Made by a program: the position numbers and the translations under genes. Shown here piece by piece: positions 47,254 through 59,200 of a stretch of DNA of 64,000 nt. How positions within the stretch are numbered: the first letter of the stretch is position 1; each line of letters opens with the position of its first letter. Where the stretch lies: assembly GCA_040756875.1 (NCBI GenBank), contig JBFLYH010000001.1:960001-1024000 (forward strand). The letters run 5' to 3'. The DNA is from a candidate division FCPU426 bacterium. GTDB lineage: Bacteria > Oederibacteriota > JAAXVQ01 > JAUVAV01. A model generated the notes under the pieces. That model had not been told where the DNA came from. It did no database searches and was given only the letters and a program-made list of their open reading frames with translations.

Positions 47254-50200
47254 CTATTTATATATCTCTTTGATAATCTCTATATTCCTCTCCTCCGTTT
47301 GGCCCAATACCTCGGCACTGATGGCACAATTATATTTGTATGACCGCCAATGGCAGGCGCCGGTTACGTCGTCGCCCAGATCTTCATGCCCGTCCCACTC
47401 CACCTGGTTATGGCCTGCCTGGCCGTTGGGCGCGCCAGGCGCGAATGGCCCGAACACCATCACTACCTTGCCCGTGGTTTTCGAACGGATTGTGATCACC
47501 ACCTTGGCATCCAGGTTTATGGTGTAATGGATCCAAGTGGTTTGTCCTTCCTCAGGCCGGAACGGGTTGGGTGCGGCATAGCAATCGTGCAATTCCAGGT
47601 CCGGCGTAACGGTCGGCGAGACAGTCGGCGTAAACGTCTTGGTCGGCACCGGCGTCTTAGTCGGCTCGGGCGTGGGCGTCCACACCGGCGTAATCACGCC
47701 CGTGGGCGATGGGATGGGTGTGGGCAGTTCCGCGCCTTTGGGCAATATGGTCACCAGAGCGGTGCTGGCCGCATGCTCCTGGCCAGCAGAGGCTTCTGCC
47801 CGGATGGTATACATACCCGGCTCAACGATGTGTCCGAAGTTATTCCTTCCATCCCAAAGAACGAATTGCAACTCGCCTGCTCTGCTGATCTCTTGTTCAC
47901 TATAACCTTTAACCATGCCGCCGAACCGGTCCAGAATGGCCAAGCTTACCATAGCGGGTTTGGTGACGAAGTAGCTGATGCTGGTTTTCTGTCCCTCTTT
48001 CGGAATAAAGACCGCTGGTTGGGAGTTGAGCGCCAGCACTTCCAGCCTGGCAGCCGGCGTGGCCGTGGGACCCGGCGTGGGCGCAGCTTCAGCCAGATCC
48101 AGGCGGAACTTCTGCACGCGATGGTTGCCCGTGTCAACGACATAGGCGTAATGTTCCGCCGGGGCATTCAATTGAACATCCCGACCTTCTTTAAACGTCA
48201 CTCCATGCGGCCGGTCGAACTTGCCATGCACGCTCCCGAAGCCGCCGAATGCGCCGATCAGGTTGCCATAGGGACCGAATTCCTGAATCCGGTGGTTTTC
48301 CAAATCAGATATCCAAACATTGCCCAACGGCCCGATCTTGACATTTTGCGGTTCGTACTTGTTCTGCGTACCTTTATAGGAATACAACGGATTACCCTGG
48401 GCGTCCAATTTTTCCACTTTATTCGCCACTTGGTGCACGCGATCCAGCACGCGCGCATCATTCAAGCCCAGGTAATAGGCTTCCTCGGTCAGGGCCCGGC
48501 CCGCGGCCAGGTCGGTGTAATGGGCCAGCGGATCGTAGCAAGCCGCGCTGACGCCGTCGGGCCAGTCCTTGATTGGGCGCAGGGCATCCGCGTCATCCAC
48601 ATAGAACACTTTACCGTTGCCGTCGAGGATATATCCGACATTGTCGTTGCTTAAGCAAACAGATACGGGCCATTGTAAGACATCCCCCGCAGCCGCATAT
48701 TCCCGGATATAATTCCCTTGCAGATCCAGCACTTGCACGCGTTTATTCTGATAATCCGTGACATACAATTCGTTTTCCCCCTCACCCTCCCCTCTCCCTC
48801 CTGGGGAGAGGGATAAGGTATGGAAGGGTTTCGATACATCGATATTGGTGGGCAATTTGAATTCGCCCGGCCGCGTGCCTTTGGCACCGATGGTTTGCAG
48901 ATACTGATCCCCGGCATCGAACTTTTGCACGCGGTTATTCTTGCTGTCGCTCACGTACAGGCAGCTGGTTCCATCCACTTCCGCATCCCACGGCTCGTTG
49001 AACTGCTGGTTGGAACAACCTTTCACGCCTGTGCCGATCTGTCCCAGGAAAGTCCAGTCGCCCACGCGCACGCGGACACTGTGCGTCATGATTGTAGGGG
49101 CGTTCAATTGAACGCCCCTACAGGTCACGGTCAGCACTAATTCATACAACCCCTGTTCCAACCCACAGGTATTCCACGCGCCCAGCAGTCCGATGACCAC
49201 CGGGTGGTCGCCCTGTGCAATGGTCACCAATGCCCCGCCCGCAGCCGGCCGGTATGCCAGTACATAACCCTGGAAATCCTTCTTCTTGGCGGCGGTGGCG
49301 ATCCCTACCACGTGCACATAACCGTTGACCAAACTGCCTTCGCACGGTGAGAGGATCAGGCAGCCATTGCCGCCGATGGGCGTGGCTGTGGCCGAAGCCG
49401 TAGAAGTGGCGGTCACCGTAACCGTGGCTGTGGGGGTAGCGGTCGCAGTCATGGTCACCGTGGATGTAGCAGTGGAAGTGGCCGTACTCGAAGCAGTCGC
49501 CGTGCCAGTGGCTGTGGGCGAGAAGGTGGCTGTCCCGGTATGAGTGGATGTGGCGGTTGACGTATCTGTCGTCGTGCCTGTGGCCGTGGCGCTCGGCGTG
49601 GCGGTGAAAGTCGGCGTGGGAGTATCCGTTTCCGTAGGCGACGCGGTCGGCGTATCGCTGTCCGTGGCAGTCGGTGAAGCTGTGGCCGTCGCAGTGTCCG
49701 AGGCTGTAGGCGAAGCGGTCGGAGTGGCGGTATCGGTGGGTGATGCAGTCGGCGTGGCGGTATCGGTCGGCGTGGCTGTAGCCGTAGGCGTTTGTGTGCT
49801 GGTGGCAGTCCAAGTGGCGGTCGGGGTCGGCGTGGCCGTGGGTTCCAGAACCCGCACATTCAAGGACGCCACGTTGCTGCTGTTGCCCACGTTGTCCACG
49901 GCATAATACTCCAGCGAGTGTTCGCCCACTACCAGGGAGAAGGGCTGAGGATTAAAGGTCCAAACGCCTTGATCAATGGACAGGGCCGTGGCTGACAGGC
50001 CAGAGTAATTGTCAGAAGCAGCGAGCGCCAGGACCCGGTCAGGCGAGGTTTCATGTCCTTGGACTATTGGCATGCCGTCCTGCTCCATCCAGGCCGCAGG
50101 TGCCGTGTTGTCCGACCTGAACAGACGCGTGCGCAGGGGCATGGTATTGCCCCCTGCGTCCACGCTCATGAAGTCCGCGGCGTATTCGCCGTCCTGCCAG

Positions 50201-53200
50201 TAGGCGAAATGCGTGGTGCCTTCGGCATCCACCCAAACGTCGAGGAGGTAGAACGGCCCGCCGTTGTACTCCCGGAGCCCGTTCAACGGAGTCACCGGGT
50301 CAGCCGCCCTGCGGACCTGATAAACTGTGCGGGCCACGCCCGAAGACATGTTGTTCACCACCGGATCATAGCGGTCCAGCCAGGGATGAGTGCCGAAACG
50401 CGAATAGTGATTGCCTGCAGTGTCAGTGTAAGGCGACTGGCTGTAATTGATCTCCACCTCGGGCGGAGTCAGGTCCACGCTGATTTCCACGGGATTCACG
50501 GCCGCCGCATTGCCAGCCTGGTCTTGCATGCCCAGGTAGAGGTGGTAAATGCCGTCATTCACCCGGTTCGAGTCGTCTTTCAGGCCATTCCATATATATT
50601 GCGTGTCATACGGCAGCACTGCATGATTTTCACCCAAAGTCCGCATGATATGGTCCGCAGCATCGCGCACCTGGACCGAATAAGTCACATAGACCGGGAA
50701 ATTATCCGACAGATTCAAGGTGATTTGTGTGCTGTCCAGCATGCCGTCCGAATTGGGCGAAATCAGGTCCGGAATTGCGGTTCCAACAGCCTGCGGAGCC
50801 GCGGTATCCACATAAACAGGTTTCTCAACCACAGCCGGATTGTTGGCAGCATCCCAAGCAGTCAGTTTGATCCGGTATTCTCCGTCAAGCGCAAGAGTTC
50901 CCTGGCTATCTTTACCATCCCAGGCTGCGGAATGGATTTGTCCGGCATCCTCTATCCCATTAACCAGGACAACCGCTGCATCCGGGCCAATGATTTCCAA
51001 GCGAGTCCGCACCTGGGTTGCGGCTCCATCCTCGACCTGGTAGGTCAACTGCGTTTCATCCTGCACACCGTCGTTATTGGGTGAGATCCAGGCAGGTTCA
51101 ACTTGCAGACTGGTGATGATCGGGGGTGTAATATCATCGGAAACCGTCACTTGCCCGACTGCCGGCGCGCCCAAGTTGCCGGCCAAGTCAATGGCAGATA
51201 GGAAATACGCATAAATACCTGCCGGCATAATATCGCCTGATGTATTTTTCCCGTCCCATGTAAAGAAGTTGTCATTCCCGGGCGATGTCATCGGGAATCC
51301 AGAGGTTTGGCTTTGCAGGGTATTGCCTAATGCGTCCAGCACACACAAGGATACCTGGCAGGCCTCGTTCAATCCGAACCTAATCCGCGTAATCTGGTTA
51401 TTCGAAGAAGCCGGGCTGAATGGATTAGGATCAGCCCCCAAGTCCGTCAATATGGGCGGAGTGTGGTCAAACACGATTTGCATGGAAGTCGTGTTGGCAT
51501 TCCCGGCCAAATCCTCGACATACAGGCTGGCTACTGCGCTGCCAATCATCAGGGAAGCATCCCACATGCCCAACACCCCATTGACTATACGCCCATTACC
51601 TTCCTGCGTATACTTCGTACCTTCGTGGTCAAGTTCCAGTTTATAGATCTTGAAATTGGCGTCATCTGCCGTGCCCATGATCGACAGGGATTGTCCAACC
51701 GGCGTATCCGGGCCAGGCGATACGATAATCGCCTGCGGCACCGTGTTATCCAATGTCATCCCAATGGTTTGGCTAGCTTCGTGTCCCAATAAATCCTCAT
51801 GCCGCAAGGCGAGCTGATAAGCACCGTCCATGTGTGAAGTAGTATCCAGACGGCAGACGTGGGAATGGTCAAGCGGCCTGGCGGTAATACTCAGTTCCAC
51901 GGGCGAACCCGAAGGCGGCAGGAGGGTCAGGGTGCTCAAGCCCGGATGCGCTTCAGTCACAGTGCCGAACACATCCGCCTGGCCATGCAGGTAGGACTGG
52001 TCCAGGGGCGAGTCAATCGCAACCAATGGCGCCTCGTTATCGATCTCCACGGTGACTTCATCGCTGGTTTCATTGCCTGCCTGGTCATAGGCGTTTAGTT
52101 TTAATATATATAGGTAGGCGCCGCCTGCGCCGCTTCCCCCTTCAGAAGCCAGGAGTATTTGGGTGGTATCCCAGGCATGGATCACGGCATTGCTCACAGG
52201 AGCGCTCAGCGCATTGGCAGTCAGGGTCTTCCAATCCGCCTGGGCGGCATTCAAATCCAGATATTTCAACAAATAGTGGTCCAGATCATCGCCTGTGATT
52301 GTAGCCCGCACATCCACGGTCCCGTGCAGCAGCGGATTGGCGCCCAGGTCATCGTCCGGAGCGCGCGGCGATTCGATCCTGACCAGCCCGGGCCCCTGCC
52401 GGTCGATCAGAATATTCCAGGCATGCGCATAGCTGGAATTCCCTGCCGAATCAAACACAACCAATTCAATATTGTAAATCCCGTCCTCTTCCTTGCTTGT
52501 ATCCCATTCGCATAGTGTGCCGGCTATTATTGCTTTGGTCCCAATCTTCTTCGTGTTCTTTGTGCCTTCGTGGTAAAGGTTGATCTTATACTCTTTAAAA
52601 TACGGGTCATCCGCTATGCCGACAATTTCCACCAAGCCGTTTACAGCTGCATTATCGGTTGGCGAGTCTATTACAGCCAAGGGAGCGGCATTATCCAGCA
52701 CTACTTTGCGTTTGATCACAGTCTGATTGCCGGCCTGATCACGGGCAATAATACGCAGGGTATATTCGCCCTGGAGGGGTTTGGTGTCCCAAACATGAAT
52801 GACTGCCTGGGGCACGTTGGCCGTGCCAGAAGCCAGTTCCGACCAGTTCATGGGCGCGTAGCTTTCGCCGTATTGCAGGGACCATGTGGCCAAGTGCGGA
52901 TCGTCTATCAACGCCTCCACCTGAATGTTTCCGCCCACAATGACCTCATCCGGCGCAGGCGACATGATCGCCACATTGGGCGCCTGGTTGTCCACCGAGA
53001 CGCTCTTAAAATCCAAGCCCACATTGCCGGCAGCATCCATTACCCATAAAGCCAGGATATAATCGCCCTGCAGGCCCTGGCTGTTGAACCAACCCAAATG
53101 CTCCTGGGTTTTGGAGGTGTTGCTGCTCAGCAACAGGATGGGATTGGACATATCGTCAGCCGGGAAGTAGAACAATCTGTATTGGAGGAAGTTTTTGTCC

Positions 53201-56200
53201 CAGGCCGTGCCGCGCAATTCCACTGTGCCTTCCACCTGGCTGCCCCAGGCCGGAGCGTCCAGGCGCGCGGTCGGGGTGGTGGTATCCACCTCGACCTTGC
53301 CGCTGCGATAGGCCTTCAGCGTGTTAGTGCCGATTGTGGCCGTGGCAGTCAGATTGAAATAATAATCCCCGTCCGGGGCAGTGGTTATTGCGTCCGCCAG
53401 TTTGCCGTCCCAGACCAGGGTGGCAGTATCAGGACCGGCTGTTTCCTGGTACGCCAAGGTGCGGATCTTGGTGGTTTGTCCGGCTGGATAGATATCGCAA
53501 TCCCAGACAGCCGCTTGCGGCAGGTAAGCGGTCAGGGTATAGGTGTCCAGCACGCCGTCGCCATTGGGCGAGATCAGGGGGTATCCGGGATAGAGCTGGA
53601 GCACAAAATCGGAATCATTAATCAGGGTGTAGGTCCGGGTCGTCTCGCTGCGGTTTCCGGCCTCGTCCTCAGCTGCCAGCCGCAACTCCCAATCACCGTT
53701 CAGACCCGAGCTGTCGACAACACCCAGCAAATCCTGCGGCCCGGCCATGGGTCGGCCGCTGGCTGTCAGGGTATTCCAGAGGCTAGCCCCCACGGGTTTG
53801 GCGAACAGCCAGTATTGCGAGAAATGCTCGTCCGTCGCTTTGCCGAGGATACTGATCGAACCCGTCACCTGGCTGAAATCGCCAGGAGAAGAAATACTCA
53901 CGTCCGGCGGCGTGTTGTCCACCGAGACCGGGCGGTTGGTCAGGGTCCAATTCCAGGCCTGATCATATGCCCAAAGCTTGGAGGTATAAGTGCCATCCGG
54001 CGCCACGACGCCCAGGTTGGTTTTTCCATCCCATGTCTGCTCGACCGAAGTGCTTGCTGCCAGGGTATTGCCGTCTGCCAGAGTGCGGATCACCAGGCTG
54101 TCCGACAGGCGTACAGTAAAGTCGCCGTTATAATGGTCCAAATCAGGATCTTCGTTTTTGTGGGTGATGATATTTTCAATAAGCACATCCGTCCGGATCG
54201 ATCCATCCGTGGAGGTGGGAGTGATTGACCAATAATTGATTTTGACTCGATTGGCGATTTCCGGCGGCAGGTATGCACCCGTGCTGTCGAACACGTTGCG
54301 CGGCTCGCCGGCGCCCGCAAAATTCAGGCGCACTTCGTCGTTTTCCTTGCGGAAGGTTTGGACAGGCCTGGTGCTAAAAGGTTCGGACGACGAGCAGGTA
54401 AAGGTAACTCCGTTGGGCAGGTATTGGCTGCCAGGCCAATCCAAGTTGTATTCGAAATAGGCGGAAATGGTATTTGTAACCTCTTCATGGGTTGCAGGAT
54501 CATAGAATTTTATCGTTACTTTTTTCACTTCATCCAGCGCATCGGCATTGTTGGAGTTGGGTATGCTGCCCGGCAGGTAGGCGAAAGCCACGAACGAGTT
54601 ATGCAGGTAATCCGCCGTAACCACGCGGCGTGGCGAGGTTATCGCCCAGGGTAAAACTGACGTACCCGCGCCATCTATAGGTTCCGCAATAATATGGAAG
54701 TCATTGGCATAGGGGTCTGTATAAGATATCGTGGACCCGTAGTCAATACTGCCATCCGCACTATAAAACGCGGCATAGACAGTGTTGGTGTTGGTGGTCA
54801 CAGTTATAGGCGCCTCGTGGAGAGTCTCTTTTTGATAAATAGTTTTTGGCGCAACCAGCAAGTCATTTAACCGCCTTGAATAATATCCTTTTTTATGATG
54901 TGTACGCACATTAGGTTCTTCCCGCCAAGATTTCACAGCAAGATATTCCGGCGGTATAGGATGATCTCCCTGATAATTCCCAAACTGGTCGCTCCAACCC
55001 CATAAAAGCTCCCGCTCATCCCCTTCCTGCATATAGGGATCATATTCTTGGTATTCTCCGTAATTTATCAGTTCAAACCTTATGGGATACCATTGCCCTG
55101 CGGCCAATAAAGTATCTCCACATGGTTCCTGCATACCCGATTGATGGGCATCGATTATTTTTTGATTGCCAATCCACAAAGCCACTTTTTCGCCATAGGT
55201 TTTGACTTTGAAAGTATAGGTCTTGTTATAAGGTGTATAAAGTAAGCCGGTCCAGCGCACGCTGAAAGCCGCATCCGCGTTTACTTGCGGCAATGGCGTG
55301 CCTTGGCTGTTGTCATCCGGATTAGGCACATAGATCGGGCCTTCGTGGTCAAAAACATGCGGAAAGGGAGTGGTGTTGGGTTGATCGTCAATCCAATCGT
55401 AAAACACAGTAGGCGTGATCGTGGTAGCTGCCAGGTCCACAAATCCCGTATCCTGATAATATTCGGTGTATAGGCCTCGACAATAAGTATCGCGCCAAGG
55501 AGCCGGCTGATCAGTATTCGGATCCAAAACGTATCCACTACTATCATGCGCGTAGGTTAAGGCCGTGATGCTGTTGCCTTGAACCAGGGCGGTTATGCTG
55601 TCGCCGTTAGTTTCAACCATATACTTTGCCGTGTAATAGGTGGGAGGAAGCGTTGGCGGCCAATTCTCGCGGTAATGCAAATTATAAGCGGAAGGACTCA
55701 CAGGCACGAATGTGCCTGCATATTTCCCGGTATAATTATCCAGTGCGTTCCATACGGCATTACCAGTCGTGCTGTCATCAGTCACATGGATTATGCTCGG
55801 CGTCCGGCTGTACCAATACTGCCTGGGTATTGGTTCCCAAGCGCCTTCCGGCCCCTGGTTCCACTCAAGTTTGGCAACAGCATAGTTAGGCAGGCCCGTA
55901 TTATTTTTTTCGAACATATCATATTGCAGTCCATCGAGCTGGTCTCTATTAATCGCCGAATGGCTCTCATATATCTGACTTACCGGCAGGTCGTCATAAC
56001 GTTCATGCCAATCTTCAATCATAGCATTGATATTATTTGGGAAGCTTAAATCAAAAGAGGACAAGTATTGCCCATCATCCGATGTGGCGCGATAAATCAG
56101 TGTTTGTTCATGAGGTGGAATGTACAATACTCCACGCCATCTGGCTTGGAATCCATCTATCATCGGGCCATAATCCGGTGGTCCGTTTTGAACTCCCTCC

Positions 56201-59200
56201 GGCCCTCCCAATCCCCAATCATAATAGGGTGTATCTTCAATTCTCGTTTCAACAGGACCGTAAGGATCAACTTCAAATGGCCCAATTGAAGAATACCGAT
56301 CAAAATATTTCGCCTCTACGCCATCCCCCAAGCTGGGAATGCCGTCCAACCCCCAGCACTCAAAATCTTTAGTCAAAACCCAATTGAATTCAACGGGATC
56401 ATACGCGACTCCTCTTTCAAGTGGAAAAACAATAGTAGGTGGTATTGTATTATTATCTATCCCTTTAACCTCCACCCGACACGTAAACGTCACATACTCA
56501 TAATTTGTCCTCTGGCCTTCAACTATCACCTCATACTCAAAGGTCTTAGGCGGGTAGTATAGGCCCTGCCCCTCAGCCTCCCAATTAAACCGGTCTGCTT
56601 CGCCTACGATCTTGTGAGTGATAACCGTTTCCTCGGCAGGCGTAACATAGGTTATGGCGGTCTCATCTTTTATCCCATCACTATTAGGCGAGAAGATTTC
56701 AGGGTTGATGGTTATACTCCCGAATTCAGCGGGAGAAGTAATATCCAAGGTTACCGGCCCGCTGTACGCATAGGCCGAGTTCCCTGCTTCGTCTACTGCC
56801 AGCACCTCGTAGATATAACTGCCTTCAGGCGCGGTAATTCCGCCGGAATCCTTGCCATTCCAGACCGCGGCATGAGTATTTCCACCTGCAACCGAAGTAT
56901 TATCGAGTAATTTTAATATTGGATTATTAAGATTGCCAGATGGGCAGACTTTCACTGTCATTTGCGGCGTTTTGTCCGTATTATCCGCGCAGAAATATTT
57001 CAATTCATTGGTGTCTTTAAGCCCGTCGCCCAAAGGCGGGTTGGGCGAGAAAGGAGTGTCTATGTCCACTGACACCACGTTGACTTCAGGCGGCGTCTTA
57101 TCCACCACCACGCCGGCATACCCGGATTCTCGCGCCGGATTGCCGGCCGGATCCTGCGTAGTTATTCTGAAGAAATAAATGCTTTCGGCCATTCCGCTCA
57201 GGTCCCAATCAACCTGGTTCCATTCGGCACCATCAACCGCAGAATCAACGGTTTTCAGAGCATTGGCCGGGTCATTGTAGTTAAAAATGCTGATAGAGGT
57301 ATGGAAATTGAAGCCAGGAGTATTCTGCAGATTATCCCTTAGGAAATACCGGATAACCACATGGTCATTGCCGCTGCTCCCGGACAAAACCCGCGGCGAG
57401 CTGGAAACATCGAATACTTCCGGGGCCTGGTTGTCCACATAAACAACCCCGCGGCTTTCCGGCCTGTAGGACGTGGAAGGATTGCCACTGTTGTCCTTGC
57501 AGGTCACCAGCACGGTATAAGATCCGTCCGCCACATATTGCCCTGCATTGTCTTTTCCATCCCACGATGTTATATGCGCGTCTCCCTGCGGCAGACTGGC
57601 ATACTGCGCCAAATCGCGGACCAATTGCCCGTATTTGTAAATCCGCAGCCGGATGTCCTTAAGGGGGCCGCTTATGCCGTCACCGGAAGTCACCTCATCA
57701 TAGAGGCTGAATTTTATCCGGGCCACGTCGTTCTGCCCCACGCTGGTCGGGCAATTGGGGGTAATAGTGTTGGGCAAAATATCCACAATCGAGGCCAGGG
57801 GCAAGGCTGTGTCATTGGCTACAGAAACCGCAATATTTTGCGGTTCAGCTGGGTTGCCAGAAGTATCAGTGGCAACAACCCGGAAGGTATAGGTTCCCTC
57901 TGTCACAGATTGGTGGGCGTCATTCAGCCCATCCCATGAAACCGAGTGGTAACCCGGCGATTGGCGCAGATTAGACTGGATTACGCGCACCATGCCATCT
58001 GGGTAATCTGTGTTTCCCATCTGCGTAATCTTTATAGTTACATCAGCATCGTCGTTAATGTGATAAGTTAACTTCGAGGAACCACCGTGTGACGAGAAAA
58101 CCCCGGGCATGACCGACAGCCTCGAGATGGTAAGTGTGGTTAAATCCACGGCCACTTGGCAATATTTGGTTATGGATGAATTGCCGGCCTCGTCTACTGC
58201 TTTAAGATGGACAGTATAAACTTTCTCCGATAGCCATGAATCATTGAGTACCGAACCGTCCCATATCAAGGAATGCTGCGCGGGGGCGGTCAGGGCCAAA
58301 GGATCGCCAAGGCGCCACACAATATTGTTATCAGCATCCCTGACGGTTGCCGTTACATAGGCATACTCAGAAAGAGCAAAGGGAACGCCAATCGTATCAT
58401 TGATGCCATCATTGCCTGGCGAAAAAGCGCCCAAATCAGCAATGGTATCCGTGATTTCCGGCGGAGTCAGGTCCAGCCATATGGATTTAACCTGCGAAGA
58501 TTCAGGCGAAATATTGCCCATGCTGTCTGCCACGAACAATCGGACCGTGTAAATACCTTCGGGGTACGTTGTTCCATCTGCCTTCAACCCATCCCACGTG
58601 ATTTCCTCAACTCCCCCATCCCCCCTCTTTGCCAAAGAGGGGGCTAGGGGGAGTTCCTGCGTCTCCATCTCATTCCCACTTGTATCATATAGCTTGTAAA
58701 TAACCGTGGCCGGTTCATCCAGGCTGAACCTTATCTTGGTTTGGTCCTTCACCCCATCCCCATTGGGTGAAAACTTGGGGTTCAGCACTTCGAACAGCGT
58801 GAACTGGGCGGGCCGCAGGTCCCGGTTCACCACGCGCATGGCCATGGGGCTGTTCTCGAGATTTTGATATTTTACATATAGGTAATTATCCCCCTCAAAA
58901 GGCAAGTTAATAGCCAAGCTATAGGCGCCAATAGTATTGAGCCCGCTGATTGGAGTGGTGATGGCAAAGGTCTGCGTTTGCAACACAGGCGGCGTGGAAT
59001 CTCCGCCCCCCTGGTCTGCATATTCCGCGTCATCATCCACCCAGCATTCCACTTCCTGCCCCACAGCGCCAGTGCCGTCAATGGCAATGCCGGCTACATT
59101 CACCGGCGAAACCGGCTGATCCAAGGTAATGTTGGCCGGCAATGGGCCACCCTTCAGCACCAAGTAATAGGAGAAGTGCTGTACGCTGGCATAAGCCACG

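Noticed and set aside
49378-49845. CRISPR array or DNA tandem repeat
   Set aside because: No identical direct repeats with unique spacers and no cas genes. Periodicity is explained by Thr/Pro codons.
54097-56604. Intein explaining the large insertion in a FlgD-Ig domain
   Set aside because: No Cys/Ser-start or His-Asn-end splice motifs and no LAGLIDADG blocks at the boundaries. The insert contains PA14-like domains.
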